DNA of 63,908 nucleotides, the filler included, from Blastocystis sp. subtype 4 (Eukaryota), in NCBI RefSeq assembly GCF_000743755.1. It is 4 parts of 4 records of this genome, joined end to end, with 100 filler letters (N's around TTAATTAATTAA, not from the genome) between each part and the next. Parts side by side here need not be neighbours in the genome. Positions count along the whole stretch, not along the records: positions 28,059 to 51,536 come from NW_014569272.1; 3 more parts are not named here. One strand, written 5' to 3'. Below are positions 34,759 to 46,911 of the stretch, piece after piece (position 1 is the stretch's first letter; each line of letters begins with the position of its first letter). The position numbers were made by a program, and so were the translations under genes. The notes under the pieces are model-generated. The model saw nothing but the letters and a program-made list of their open reading frames with translations. It had not been told where the DNA came from and searched no databases.

Positions 34759-36166
34759 ATGAGAGAAATCATTCATTTGCAAGTTGGACAATGTGGTAAT
34801 CAAGTATTTGAAATGAAATGAAAGATAAGAGTGTAGATCGGAACAAAGTTCTGGGAAGTGATAAATCAAGAACATCATATTGATAATAATGGAATAGCCC
34901 ATCTTGAAGCAAATGATGATCTGAATGTGTTCTATAGTCAAGCAGTTAACGGTCGTTGTGTTCCTCGAGCAGTTTTGATTGATTTGTATAGAATTGAGTA
35001 ATAGAATGATGTATAGAGAACCTGGAACAATGGATGCGATCCGTGCTACTGAAACTGGAAAGATGTTCAAACCTGACAATTTCGTGTTTGGAACAAACGG
35101 AGCTGGAAATAATTGGGCTAAGGGTCATTACACGGAAGGAGCTGAACTTGTGGATCAGTGTATGGATGTGATTCGTCACGAAGCTGAAGCTTGTGAATGT
35201 CTTCAAGGTTTCCAAATGACTCATTCTTTGGGAGGTGGAACTGGATCAGGTATGGGAACTCTTCTTCTATCGAAACTGAAGGAAGAATATCCTGATCGTA
35301 TGGTAATGACTTATTCAGTATTCCCTTCTTCGAATGTATCAGATACAATTACTGAACCATACAACACGACATTGTCAGTAAATCAATTGTTAGAGAATGT
35401 GGATGAAGTGGTGGTATTGGATAATGAGGCTTTGTACAGTGTATGTATGCAATCATTGAATATGAAGACACCCAGTTTCAGTGATATGAATGAGTTGGTA
35501 TCAAAGGCAATGTCAGGAATCACAGCTTGTTTACGTTATCCTGGTCAATTGAATAGTGATTTGCGTAAGTTAGCAGTGAATTTGATTCCTTTCCCTCGTC
35601 TTCATTTCTTCCTTACAAGTTATGCTCCTCTGACAAATGCAACAACAAGTGCATTCCGTCAATATTCAGTAGCAGAATTGGCTTCACAACAGTTTGATGC
35701 TAAGAATATGATGTGTGCTTGTGATCCTCGTCGTGGTCGTTATCTGACAGCTGCTGCTATTTTCCGTGGAAAAGTGGCAACACGCGATGTAGATGAATGT
35801 ATGCGTGAGATGCATCAGCGTTATCAACCCTATTTCGTGGAATGGATTCCTAATAACATCACTACTTCAGTATCCAGTGTTGCTCCTGCTGGTACTCCGA
35901 TGGCAACAACATTCCTTGGGAACAATACTGCAATTCAAGAGGTGTTTGCTCGTGTGTCAGAACAGTTTAACACGATGTATCGTCGACGTGCTTATCTTCA
36001 TTGGTTCACAAGTGAGGGAATGGATGAAATGGAGTTTACAGAGGCATCGAGTAATTTGACAGACTTAATCACTGAATATCAACAGTATCAAGAAGCAACA
36101 ATCGAAGATGAGGTGGGTTTGGAAGAAGGAGGAATGGAAGAACAACCGATGCAAGAAGAGATGTGA
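34759..36166 (+). CDS. TUBB: Beta-tubulin, divergent isotype
   Basis: [15 protein letters not shown] start, [43 protein letters not shown]; two short introns. Confidence 0.97.
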
Positions 36167-36247
36167 AGAGAATTGTTCTAGATGTATTAATGTTTGTTAT
36201 AAGAATGTGAAGAGAATTGTTCTAGATGTATTGATGTTTGATTAAGA
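36161..36247 (+). repeat. Tandem 44-bp duplication of the tubulin stop codon, 3' UTR and 3'-end element
   Basis: ATGTGAAGAGAATTGTTCTAGATGTATT[AG]ATGTTTG occurs at 36161 and 36205. Confidence 0.9.
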
Positions 36248-36253
36248 AACAAG

Positions 36254-37662
36254 TCACAATTTCTTTTGATTCTTCATTATTTGTCGCAGGGCAGGGATAT
36301 ATGTGTTTATTGTGCTTCTTCTCAAGGAAGAAGGGTTGGGTAAGAATTGAATCACGGCATCATACTTGGGTTATCACTCACAATTAGACTTACATCTTCT
36401 TTCATTAGGAGAAGGGGACCATCAGCAGTGATCAACTCTCGTTCCTCACACTGTTCGAACAAATTGCTATGTCTATCATACTCTGGCTTGATTTGAGGTT
36501 TCAGAGGTTCTTCTTCTGACATAGTCTCAATTGTTCGATGCGATCGAAGATGCCGATTCAGTTGTCGTTCGGAATGGAAATGAAGATTGCAATCATTACA
36601 TACATAATTTTCACACTTCCGTTTTGGTAAATCACCGTAGAGATCAGATACTTGACGATTTGCATTCACCTCAGGAGGATCTCGAATCGAGTCGAAAGCT
36701 ATAGCATGTGCAATTGGTACAGTAGCTTCTGTAACATAATAATCTCCATCGCTTCGCATGGCATTCAACTCCACCTCACTAAATGAATAATCACCATAAG
36801 CATAATGTGATGAACCCTTGTACAAACGAGAATTGATCGCAGCAATAAGATCCTGAGAAAATGAAAACAGATGACTCTCCTTTAGAAACTGCTTTCGAGA
36901 TTTATAGTTTTTCATTGCGGCTGATTTCTTGGCAATTGTAGCGTGACATTCCCAGTTCAATCCATTCTCATCAACTATAGTTAAAGAAAAACTATTGAAA
37001 AATTATCACAGGATATGTAGACCAATATCACAAAGATGTTTTCGCAGGTTCAGTACACAACACCTCAGACGATCGCTATTGAGAATCATCTCCCTGCAGG
37101 ATCCTACAATGAATCATTATTACAAACGGAAAAGAATAGTACATCTTGGCGAAACAAATCTAATCCTTGTAAAGTGACTCGACAAGGATGTCTAGAAAAG
37201 AAATAATTGAAATATTCCTGAATATGTTGAAGTTCACATCTTCATGAGACACAATCATAGAACCTACTCCATTCTTTTCAGTTTATTTTCGTCTTGCAGG
37301 TCCATCACACCAATGGTGAAATGCAGTCGACTTGGGGGAACAAGGGTTTTGGCATAGTATGGATTCATTTCAACCATCAGTTCTTGGATTTGCCGTGCCT
37401 ATAAATCATACTGGAACATAAACCAGGCATTTTGATAGAGAGCGGGAGATTTCAGCCGTAGGGCAAGAAAATGGGTTGGTCTACTTCGATTTCTCGTATC
37501 TGTATTATTTATACAAGAAATTTGAGGTCCACTACATGGACTAAGCTTGCATATCCCATATTTGTTTAGAAACACTTCATCTACTCCTTCCATCACTCTT
37601 TTGGTCGGAACAATCTTTCGTGAAAATTCTGAAGCAAAGAGAGTTCTGGTAGGAAACATCAT
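36254..37662 (-). CDS. AKAP7-like 2H phosphoesterase with C-terminal C2H2 zinc finger
   Basis: RPTHFLALRL, first HxT (LHFTIGVM), second HxT (CHATIAK), YGDYSFSEVELNAM...YY, then CNDCNLHFHSERQLNRHLRSH. Confidence 0.75.
36975..37016 (-). other. Probable U12-type AT-AG intron (42 nt)
   Basis: Starts ATATCCTG, branch-like TTCTTTAAC, ends TATAG; removal restores ...CDIGLLDENGLNWECHAT; a longer GT-AG alternative starting 6 nt upstream is also in frame. Confidence 0.6.
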
Positions 37663-37688
37663 AACAATGTCAAAAGCGATAAATGTAA

Positions 37689-39310
37689 TTACAATTTCAT
37701 TCCACTCCAAGCCTTCTGGAAATAGTCTTCGGGATGATAGTTCTCAGGATGCTTGGATCTCTCCAGAATCTCCTTCTTCCACGAACGCATCAAACCTTCA
37801 ATAGGCCAGATAGCAGCATCAGCGAGACCACAGATGGTATGCATCTCAATTTGTGTACCAATCTCCATCAGCATATCAATCTCTCTCTCTTCCAACTGAC
37901 CCCGTTCCATACGACACATGATGTCATACACCCATGGTAATCCCTCACGACATGGAGTACACTGACCACATGATTCATGCATATAGAAGTGAGAAAGATT
38001 ACGAATTGCAGCCATCTACATATCACCACACTCCTTCGCACATACCATATCAGTTGACTTATCCATCACAATCACGGCAGCCGAACCCAGACCTGACTGG
38101 AAGGATCCAAGAGAATCATAATCCATTAGAGCCACATCACACATGGACTACATCTCATCATCTCCTCTCACTCTCACTTTGTTCAAAGCACGTGTTGATG
38201 CACCACCAGGAATCACAGCTTGTAGATTGTCCCAACCACCACGTACACCTCCCGCATGCTTCTCCAACAGATCCTTCAAAGGAATACTCATCTCCTCCTC
38301 GACGACACAAGGATTATTCACATGACCACTGATCGCAAACAGCTTCACACCTGCATTGTTCTTGCGACCCAAGCTGCTGAACCACTCTGGACCACGACGG
38401 AGGATGGTAGGCGATACCGATACCGTTTCACAATTCGTTACTGTCGTTGGACAACCATACAGACCCGCATTGGCAGGGAATGGAGGCTTCAGACGAGGCT
38501 TACCCTGCTTACCCTCCAATGACTCCAACTGAGCACTCTCCTCTCCACACACGTAGGCTCCAGCTCCACGATGAACAAACACATCGAAATTGTATCCACT
38601 ACCACAAGCATTACGACCTAGGAATCTGAATATCACATTCATTCCATCATTCTTACCCCTTCTCGTATGCTTCATGAATAGCTTCTTCTAAACGAACCGA
38701 CTCGTTGTAGAACTCACCACGGATATAGATGTAGGCAGCACGAGCATGCATAGCATAACCAGCCACCAAACAACCCTCCACCAACGCATGAGGATCCTTT
38801 CGAATGATCTCACGATCCTTACAGGTTCCAGGCTCTGATTCATCACAATTCACAACAAGGAAGTTTGGACGACCATCCTTTGATACTTTGGGCATGAAAC
38901 TCCACTTCAAACCAGAAGGGAACGCAGCACCTCCACGTCCTCGAAGACCCGAAGCCTTGATATCCGCAATAATCTGATCAGGACCCATTTCAAGCAACTC
39001 CTTTGTCTTATACCAGAAACCACGTTCCATGGCACTTTCGATGTGATAGTCATAATTGTTGTACAGATTTGTGAAGATACGATCATAATCCTATCCATTT
39101 ACACTCAAAACTCCTCTCAGTACCTTCAAACCTCCATGAGATACATCTACTGGCGGTGTTTGGGGTGCATTTGCTGCAGGAGCAGGTCCAGCAGCAAAAG
39201 AACGAAGTGCAACTCGTGATACTCCGGATCTACTCACTACACAAATTAGATTGTATATCCCACTCACACGTACAGTAAGAACCGATTCCTCTTCTCAAAA
39301 CAGCCTGCAT
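37689..39310 (-). CDS. NDUFV1: Complex I 51-kDa flavoprotein subunit (NuoF)
   Basis: Arg/Ser-rich mitochondrial-type presequence, [35 protein letters not shown]. Confidence 0.97.
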
Positions 39311-39518
39311 GTGTCTTGATTTGATGAGGAAAAGGAGATGCATGTCGTAGGGCAGTAGCTAATTGGCACAGATCTCTCCAAATGTGAGTAGGAATCCAAT
39401 TGTCGTTTAAAAAGTATTCATTTTCTTTAGCTACTGGTGATAATGATGACGACAACTTTTCTCATAAAGTTGGGATCCCCCGAATTGAATAATGAGTATC
39501 AATTATTCTCATTTACAA

Positions 39519-40534
39519 ATGCTTCTTGAAGTGTGTATTGACCGTGTTGAGTCTGCTGTCAATGCAGAGAAGGGAGGCGCTGGAAGAGTGGAGGTAAGAG
39601 ATCTTTAGAGTATTCACTGTAGTTGTGCGATAATCTTGTGGACGGTGGAACGACACCAAGTTATGGAATGATCAGTACAATTCTTGAGAATGTGTGATCA
39701 TAGAGTTGGTCAAGGAATCGATCTCAATTCCTGTGAATGTGATTATCCGTCCTCGAGGTGGTGATTTTTTCTACAATGAGAATGAAGTTGATACTAGCTG
39801 TTGCATTGATACTAGATGCGTGTGATGCTTGAAGATATTGAGGCATGCAAACGTATTGGAGTTAAGTAAGCTATTAATAGATGGTTTGATGTAGTGGCGT
39901 CGTAATTGGATGCTTGACAGAGGATGGAAAAGTGGATATGGAGAAGAATCGTCGTTTGATCGAAGCAGCACGTCCTTTGAGGTATTTTAGTCTCTTATCG
40001 TTGAAAGCTAGTGTTACCTTCCATCGAGCCATTGATATGACAGTTGATCCACTGCAGGCAACGAAGGTAATGAAATTAGCTTCCTCATAATGAAGAACTG
40101 TATTGAACTGAAGGTGGATCGCATTCTAACATCTGGAGGTGTAGGGTTCCTACGAATTGTTGATGTTTAGTGTAATACTGTAATGGAAGGGAAGGATACT
40201 ATTCGGGAGATGGTGAGGATTGCAGATGGTCACCTTCAGATTATGGCAGGAGGAGGTGTTACGGGATCAAACATCCGTGAGTTGGTTCAGTATACGGGAG
40301 TGAAAGAAGTTCATGGAAGTGGTAGTTGAAGCTGTTTGAATGTGAGAACTAGCTCGAGATTATGTCTGCAGTGCTATGAAATACAGGAAGCAGGGCGTCT
40401 TTATGGGAGGAGAGAAGGTGGAACTGATTGAAACCATTAACATATAGAAAAATACACAGGAACTGGAATTCAAATGGAAGCAGACAAGTGAGCAAGTGGT
40501 ACAGCAATTCGTTTCTGCTATTGCTGATCTATGA
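39519..40534 (+). CDS. CUTC: CutC copper homeostasis family protein
   Basis: MLLEVCID...AEKGGAGRVE|LC...GGTTPSYG, IIRPRGGDF, VTFHRAID, RILTSG, IMAGGG. Confidence 0.93.
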
Positions 40535-40568
40535 ACTGTTTATTACAAACAAATCAGTGACTATTCCT

Positions 40569-41039
40569 TTATTCGGCCTCAGTCTCAACCTTAGCAACGG
40601 CAGCACTATACGATTACCAATCTATACGAGTCGTACTTTCCATTTACTACACGAATCGAAAGCTCATTAGCACGCTTCAGAATCTCAGCTCTTTTCTTGG
40701 CAGAAACATTGTGGGCGATCTGAGCACAATAGGTGGTGTTATGCATCATCAGAAGCTCCAGATCCTTCACGTTGTTCACAATGAACTTGTACAGTCCGTT
40801 GGGGAGCATATGCTTGGTGGCAGCGTTGGAACCGTAACCGATGTTGGGCATCAGAGTGGCACCTCGGAAGCGACGTCTGCAGCGTCCATCAATACCCTTG
40901 GGCTTTCTCCAATGCTGCTACAATAATTAGATTCCAAACAGTAGAGGAGTACGTTCATTCTCTTGAACTTATCAGCCTGGAAACGAGGGAAAGAGGTCAA
41001 CTTCTTCTTCACAATTTTCACCTTGCGAACAGGAGCCAT
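40569..41039 (-). CDS. RPL32: 60S ribosomal protein L32 (eL32)
   Basis: [45 protein letters not shown]. Confidence 0.95.
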
Positions 41040-41674
41040 CACGTCTAGAGGAAGTGTTAGACTACCTTTCAAATACGCAAGCCAATTCGTCAATATGACA
41101 ATACATTATCAGAAATTCAACTTACGATATCGACTGTTAAAGGAATCTGGACCCACACACATGAAAGAAAGAAAGAGGGGATCAAATTCCACTTAGCTGA
41201 GAATAAATAGGAAATCGTATTTGCCCCTACCTTTACGAATTGAATAACAAACAATCAAATCTTAGATGTCCATGGTGTTTCTTGCTTAGTCATCCATCAT
41301 TAGTTCGGGTGTTAGGCATCACGGTAATGTCTATATTTGTTGTATCATGAGCAAACCCGTACATATGGGCATTAGACAAGTACTCCTTTTCACTGTATCT
41401 ATCTATGTAAATTTGTTCTAGGCACATATTACAAGGATTAGAGGCCTAATTCAGTTATACTTGTCTAAATGACTTCACAAAAGTACACTATATATTGAAA
41501 GATCCTTTTGCTGTTATGATTTATAATTTGCTGTAAGCACATAAACTCTTCATCCCTTATCTTATCTCATATTCACAGCTATACTGTTTGAGATAATTCA
41601 CAAAGTCACCAAAAGAAGAATTACACATTCAAATGTCCTTTAGTAAGACGATTGTGATTTCAATCTTGGTTTGA

Positions 41675-44600
41675 ATGGAAGACGATTTCGAATCTCCTGA
41701 AGACCTTTATAATTTTGAAGCTATTGGAAACTGGAGAGTCGTACTTCAGGATAATGGCAAGTATGAAAAGGTCTTTGTTCCTGGGAATGATATTCTGCGA
41801 ACAATACGAATGCTCTTACGGTTTGATGTTTTTTCTCAATGATTTATGCGTCTTAGAGAGATCAAGGAAGAGAATGAAGATTATCGAGATTACTCTATAA
41901 AGTTGCTCAAGTTTAATGTTGTTAATTCGAAACTGCTTCCAATTTTCATTTCGTAAGGAGTGTGATTGTGATGTGACAACCAGAATGCCTGAAAATGCTC
42001 CCTTGGAGATAGCAATTCTTAAGATATTCATTTGCTACACTTTACCATTGACCAAAGATGCAACTTGCTATGGGAACATGCGGCAAGGCCAGTTGAAGTT
42101 CCTGGATGCATTTATTCAGCAGGTAGGATTGTTTTTGTATGTTTGAAATAGAATGCATTTCTCCCACTGGTAGAACTCGCCTCTGAATCCATAGCAATTG
42201 ATGTGAATGAACGAAACAATCAGCAGAATCAGATTGTGGAATTGTATCTTAATTTCCTGCGTAATCTGTTATACATTCGAAACGAGCCCAAAGCCAAAGG
42301 TGAAAGATACGCTTTTACCCATGTTTGTCTTTCTATTTGTGTATGATCTAGATTCAAGAGGATTTGGCAAAAGCAATGTGGGATCATATGGTGGTGGAGA
42401 CTTTGTCTGTTCTTTGTAGTGTATTATTTTACGCATTTCTTCAAAAATAGGAAGCCAACTCCTTCACGTTGTTGTTGTTAGATATTCTATATCTGTTGCT
42501 TGGTACATATGATGCCAAACAAGTCTTTGACTCGGGCACACATTCCACTTCAAGCAAATCCAATGATGTAGTAGAGTGAAGCAGGATTTACTCTTAGTCA
42601 TCATTGCGATCAATGTATGCAGCTGAACAGGCCAAGCGAGACTGGATGCTTCATTCGATGCCCTCTTCCTACACAGGTAGTTACTCTTCCACAAGTATCA
42701 ATCGTTTAATCTCAACAGATCATACTGTCAAGACATTCTCTTACAAACCGAGTACTGTGATAATGAATGATTCACATGAGATATAGTACATCCCTCGTGT
42801 AGCCATCAGATATAAGCTTCAAATGATGAAGCACCCAATATCTTCATTCTTACAATCTATCTTCTTGATCACAGTGACTTTGTTGAATACGTGCATTGAT
42901 GATTATTTAAGTCGAGTTAAAGGAATCCTTGATAAAGGATTGTTTGAATTCATTTGAGTTTTGTTCTCTAGAAACATTCTTCCATCAGACCATTCTCATT
43001 ATCTTCAACTTACTGCTTATGTGAATCGTTTCGTGTTCTGTTTCATTACATCTTCTTCTCAAGACTGGCCATTGCTTCAGTCTCAACAAGATGAGGATAT
43101 GAAGGTATCTTTGTTTCCTTGGTGTTATTGTAGATTCCTTCTCTTTCTATGATATCTCATTCTATCTCTCAAAGCTTCTGTTCGTACTGTCTGACCCTCT
43201 GTCGAGTAAGTCTCTCTCTTTCCATTTATCTTAGAATACACTCTGCGAAGAGACAGAATGGGTTGATGTGAGTATTATAGTAACCAACATCAGTACGTTA
43301 TTTGAGATTTATCACTTCATTCTATCATCAGAACAATCTCAGTATTCAGATATCCGTTATAAGATTGAAATAACCGTTCTATCGATTATGAGTGAAGTCA
43401 CTTCTATTCAATTATTACCATCCCTTCTCTTGCTATGGAAATTGAAGAATGGTATGGAACCATTATTAGCCACGATTCTTGGAATGGATTCTTTATTGAA
43501 TATTTGTGAGATCTTACAAGAAGTAAGTCTGAATGAGAGGTTTTAGAGTAGCGTAATGTTACCATTCTGAAACGGCGTCGTGCTCGAGTGAAGAATCTAA
43601 CCACAGAAGAAGAACAAGAAAATGGAGTTGAAGAAGATTCCACTCAATTTCAAGAGATTCCTTTTGATTACTCCTTAATTTTCAAATCCTTATATCATCC
43701 TTCAGTATTTCGAAAGTAAGGTAGTTTTGTGGAATATGAGAAATAGGTACATTTTATTACTCTTCAATTATTCCTTTCATTCACCTGAGATCAATGAATG
43801 TCTTTATCATTACTTCAACTCGATGTTCAAATATATCGAAGAGGAGACTAATGTTACTAATGATGAGGACTATAATGATTTGCATCAAGACAGTCTTCAA
43901 GCTATCCTTCGACCACGTCTTTATTGTGTGTTGGTATTTGAAATATTCAATCGTATTGTGCATGATCCTGCTGCTTCTAACGATGCAGGCATAAATCGAA
44001 AAGATATCCAGGATCTCGCATCTCTTGGAAGAGAGATTGTAGGGAGTACTTAAGACGATGAATTGTAGTTCACATCATTCCTCTCTGCTGCGGAACAACA
44101 TCCACTTCTCTTTGCTGAATCCCTCTTTGAGAAGTCTCCATATGTCTGTTCTATGATTGCTCGTGGGTATCGCTCCAAACAACTCACTACAGTCACACAG
44201 GGAAACTTCATTTCCTCCTCTGTGTTGGGTTCTGGTTCCAGTTTGACCGAGCAGGAGGTGGATTTGGATGCTCTACCAGAAACGATTATTCCAGAGGCAC
44301 TTCGTCCCAAGAAGCGACATCATGGTGAGAAGAAGGATGTCAGAATCCAGCCGGATGCATCATGGAATGTCGAGTCTTCAGATGAGGGTGACGATCGAGA
44401 GACAGGGAGAGTTTTGTCAAAGGAACCTGTTTTACGACCGATGAATCGAGCAGCCTTATTTAGTGGAGAAGGAGAAGAGGAAGTGGATCTTGATTCCCTC
44501 CAGCCTGTTCCAACTTCAATTCGTCGTATGAAACGACTCACTGTTCTCTCTGATGATTCTGAAGATGAACAAGACGACGATGATGAACAGAACGAACCAG

Positions 44601-45537
44601 CAGTCAATGAGACTTCCACGGATGTGACTCTTAGCAATACAACTCCTTGGACTGAAGAAGAGGATTCAACACTTCGGCATCTCCTGGAAGAGAATAAGGA
44701 TATGATTGATCCATGGGGAATCATTGTCTATGATTCCTATTTTATGGCCCATCATCGAACTCCTCGTATGATTATCCAACATGGAATCGATCTTGGACTT
44801 CTTCCTCCTTCTACGATTCTTCCAGAAGAGACAGAATCGAAACAAATAATTAGGGAAGCCAGTAGTGAGGAAGAAGCTATTACGCTAAGTAGAAGCTGAA
44901 TGAGTCTGTGATGAGTAGAAAGTGTGAAGAGAAAGGTGCCACAGACAAGTCCAATGATGGAAGAGGAGGAAGAGAATCGTTTAGTGGCTTCAGATTCGAT
45001 GAGTGTTGAGGAACGTGAAGAAGTGGTATCTACATACATCCAGCGACTTCGAGAACGAGACAGACGTGAGGTAATTGTGAAGGTGATGGAAGAACTACTG
45101 GAGAACCTGATGAAGGCTCTACCTCAATTGAAAGAGGCGAACCATGCTCTAGATGGAAAGGAAACTAGTAACTCTGTAGGAATGATAGCAGAATGTAATG
45201 TAGATTCTTGTGGAATATCCAGAGGATATGAAAGAGAAGCATAAGAATGCGGTAACACTTCTGGTACGATCCATGCGCTTAGTTCCTAATGATACTACTA
45301 TTATGATACCATCTACTTTAGCAGTTCAAGTGCGTATTAGTATTGGGAATAAGAGATAGGATTTGACAAGATTATTAAACTTGTTGAAGAAGGATGTGGA
45401 CATACTTACATTGAGAATACAGCAAGAAAAGCGAAGAAAGGAGAGACAAGCTACCGAAGAACTTCCCAAAGAGGATTCAGAACCAATGGAAAAGACTCCA
45501 TCGAAAAAACGACGTATTATTCTAGATGACAGTGATT
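41675..45537 (+). CDS. Timeless/Tof1/Swi1-like replication fork protection protein; stop created by polyadenylation
   Basis: N-terminal FVPGNDILRTIR...LLPIF...YTLP, LILRNLL-type helix, Myb-like WTEEEDSTLRHLLEE, C-terminal KKRRIILDDSD. Confidence 0.7.
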
Positions 45538-45789
45538 GTTATGTTTGTTTCTAGATATTTTCACAATAGAGTAGATATGATAAAATAGAACCTAATGCAC
45601 CTCATGAATTGCTCTTAATTATTACAACGGTATCAAATATCACTGAAGAAGAAGTATCATTGAAAGTGTTGCACTGTAAGATCTCATATCTAGGACCGTA
45701 TAGGAGGTACTGTAATCGTTTTTGATGGGCGTTTCATCCGAATGGAACATGTCAATATTAATTAGAAAAACTTCAGAAGCATAGAGAGA

Positions 45790-45862
45790 GCGGCTTTGGC
45801 TCAGTTGGAAGAGCGTGGGTCTCATAATCCCAAGGTCGTGAGTTCGATCCTCACAAGCCGCA
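45790..45862 (+). tRNA. tRNA-Met(CAT), elongator type
   Basis: Acceptor GCGGCTT/AAGCCGC, D-arm GCTC/GAGC, anticodon loop CTCATAA with U31:U39 mismatch, T-loop TTCGATC, downstream T-run. Confidence 0.95.
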
Positions 45863-46056
45863 ATTCTTTTTCTATCTAAGTGATTACCATGCTTTATTCT
45901 TTTCTACAAATACTGGGGATACAAATAGAAATAATGAATAAGAGATAAAAGAGTCTTATCAAGACAATTGATTAATTCCCGCGGTATTCGCCTCGTCATT
46001 CTCCATCCATCGATATTGGGTAGATAATAGTTGAGGAATTATCATTGTACTAAAAG

Positions 46057-46670
46057 ATGGTAGGTAGAGATGAGCTAGCATTGGAGATTGGGTCAGGAGA
46101 TGGTGGGACTTCTTCATTGTTGTGCCGTTATTACCTGAGTTAGGAACCTATTGGATGGAATCTAATTTTGTTTGTAGGGTCGTGTGCGTACTAAGACTGT
46201 CAAGAAGACTGCTGCCAACATTGTTGAGAAGTACTATCAGAAGCTCGCTATGGACTTCGATAACAACAAGAGAGTGATATTTGTAATAGAGATGTGATAG
46301 TTAGATTGTTGATGAGTGTGCTGATTTCCCTTCCAAGAGAATGAGAAACAAGATCGCTGGATATGTGACTGTATGAATTGTTTGATGATTTGTGATGAGT
46401 TAGCATCTGATGAAGAGAATCCAGAGAGGACCTGTTCGTGGTATTTCTCTGAAGCTTCAGGAGGAGGAGAGAGAGCGTCGTCTTGATTTCATTCCTGCTG
46501 TTTCAGCTCTCCAGAAGGATCAGATTGAGGTGGATGCTGATACGAACGATATGCTGAAGGCAATGGATGTGAAGATTGAGGGATTGAAGATCGTTGGAAA
46601 CAGAAAGGTAGGAGAGTTTGCTGGAGGTGATGTGTAGTTCCGCAGTCATAAGAAGCCTCAGCAGCACTAA
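46057..46670 (+). CDS. RPS17: 40S ribosomal protein S17 (eS17)
   Basis: [11 protein letters not shown]...EKYY...[39 protein letters not shown]; 118-nt first intron. Confidence 0.97.
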
Positions 46671-46911
46671 AGCACTCCCTATGATGTGGATGCGATGATT
46701 CCTCTTTTCGTGTGTTTGTAAGATATTCGATTGACTGTAACGAAATCTCTCATTTTGCAGTTTGCAAATAGATAATGAGACTTTCTTAGCATGAGAAATC
46801 CAAAGCATTAAGTTCCATTAACGACTGTGGTTCCCGCGGGAAAACACACTTGAACATAGACCACTGGCTCAGGACCAAATGCATCAGAAAAAAGCTTGTG
46901 TTTGCCACGGA

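Noticed and set aside
37540..37662. JmjN-like FPT...KYGICKL motif at the N-terminus of the 2H protein
   Set aside because: Spacing differs from JmjN and no JmjC domain follows; probably coincidental
46831..46842. Palindrome TTCCCGCGGGAA (E2F-like) upstream of aguB
   Set aside because: Short single instance; function cannot be supported from sequence alone
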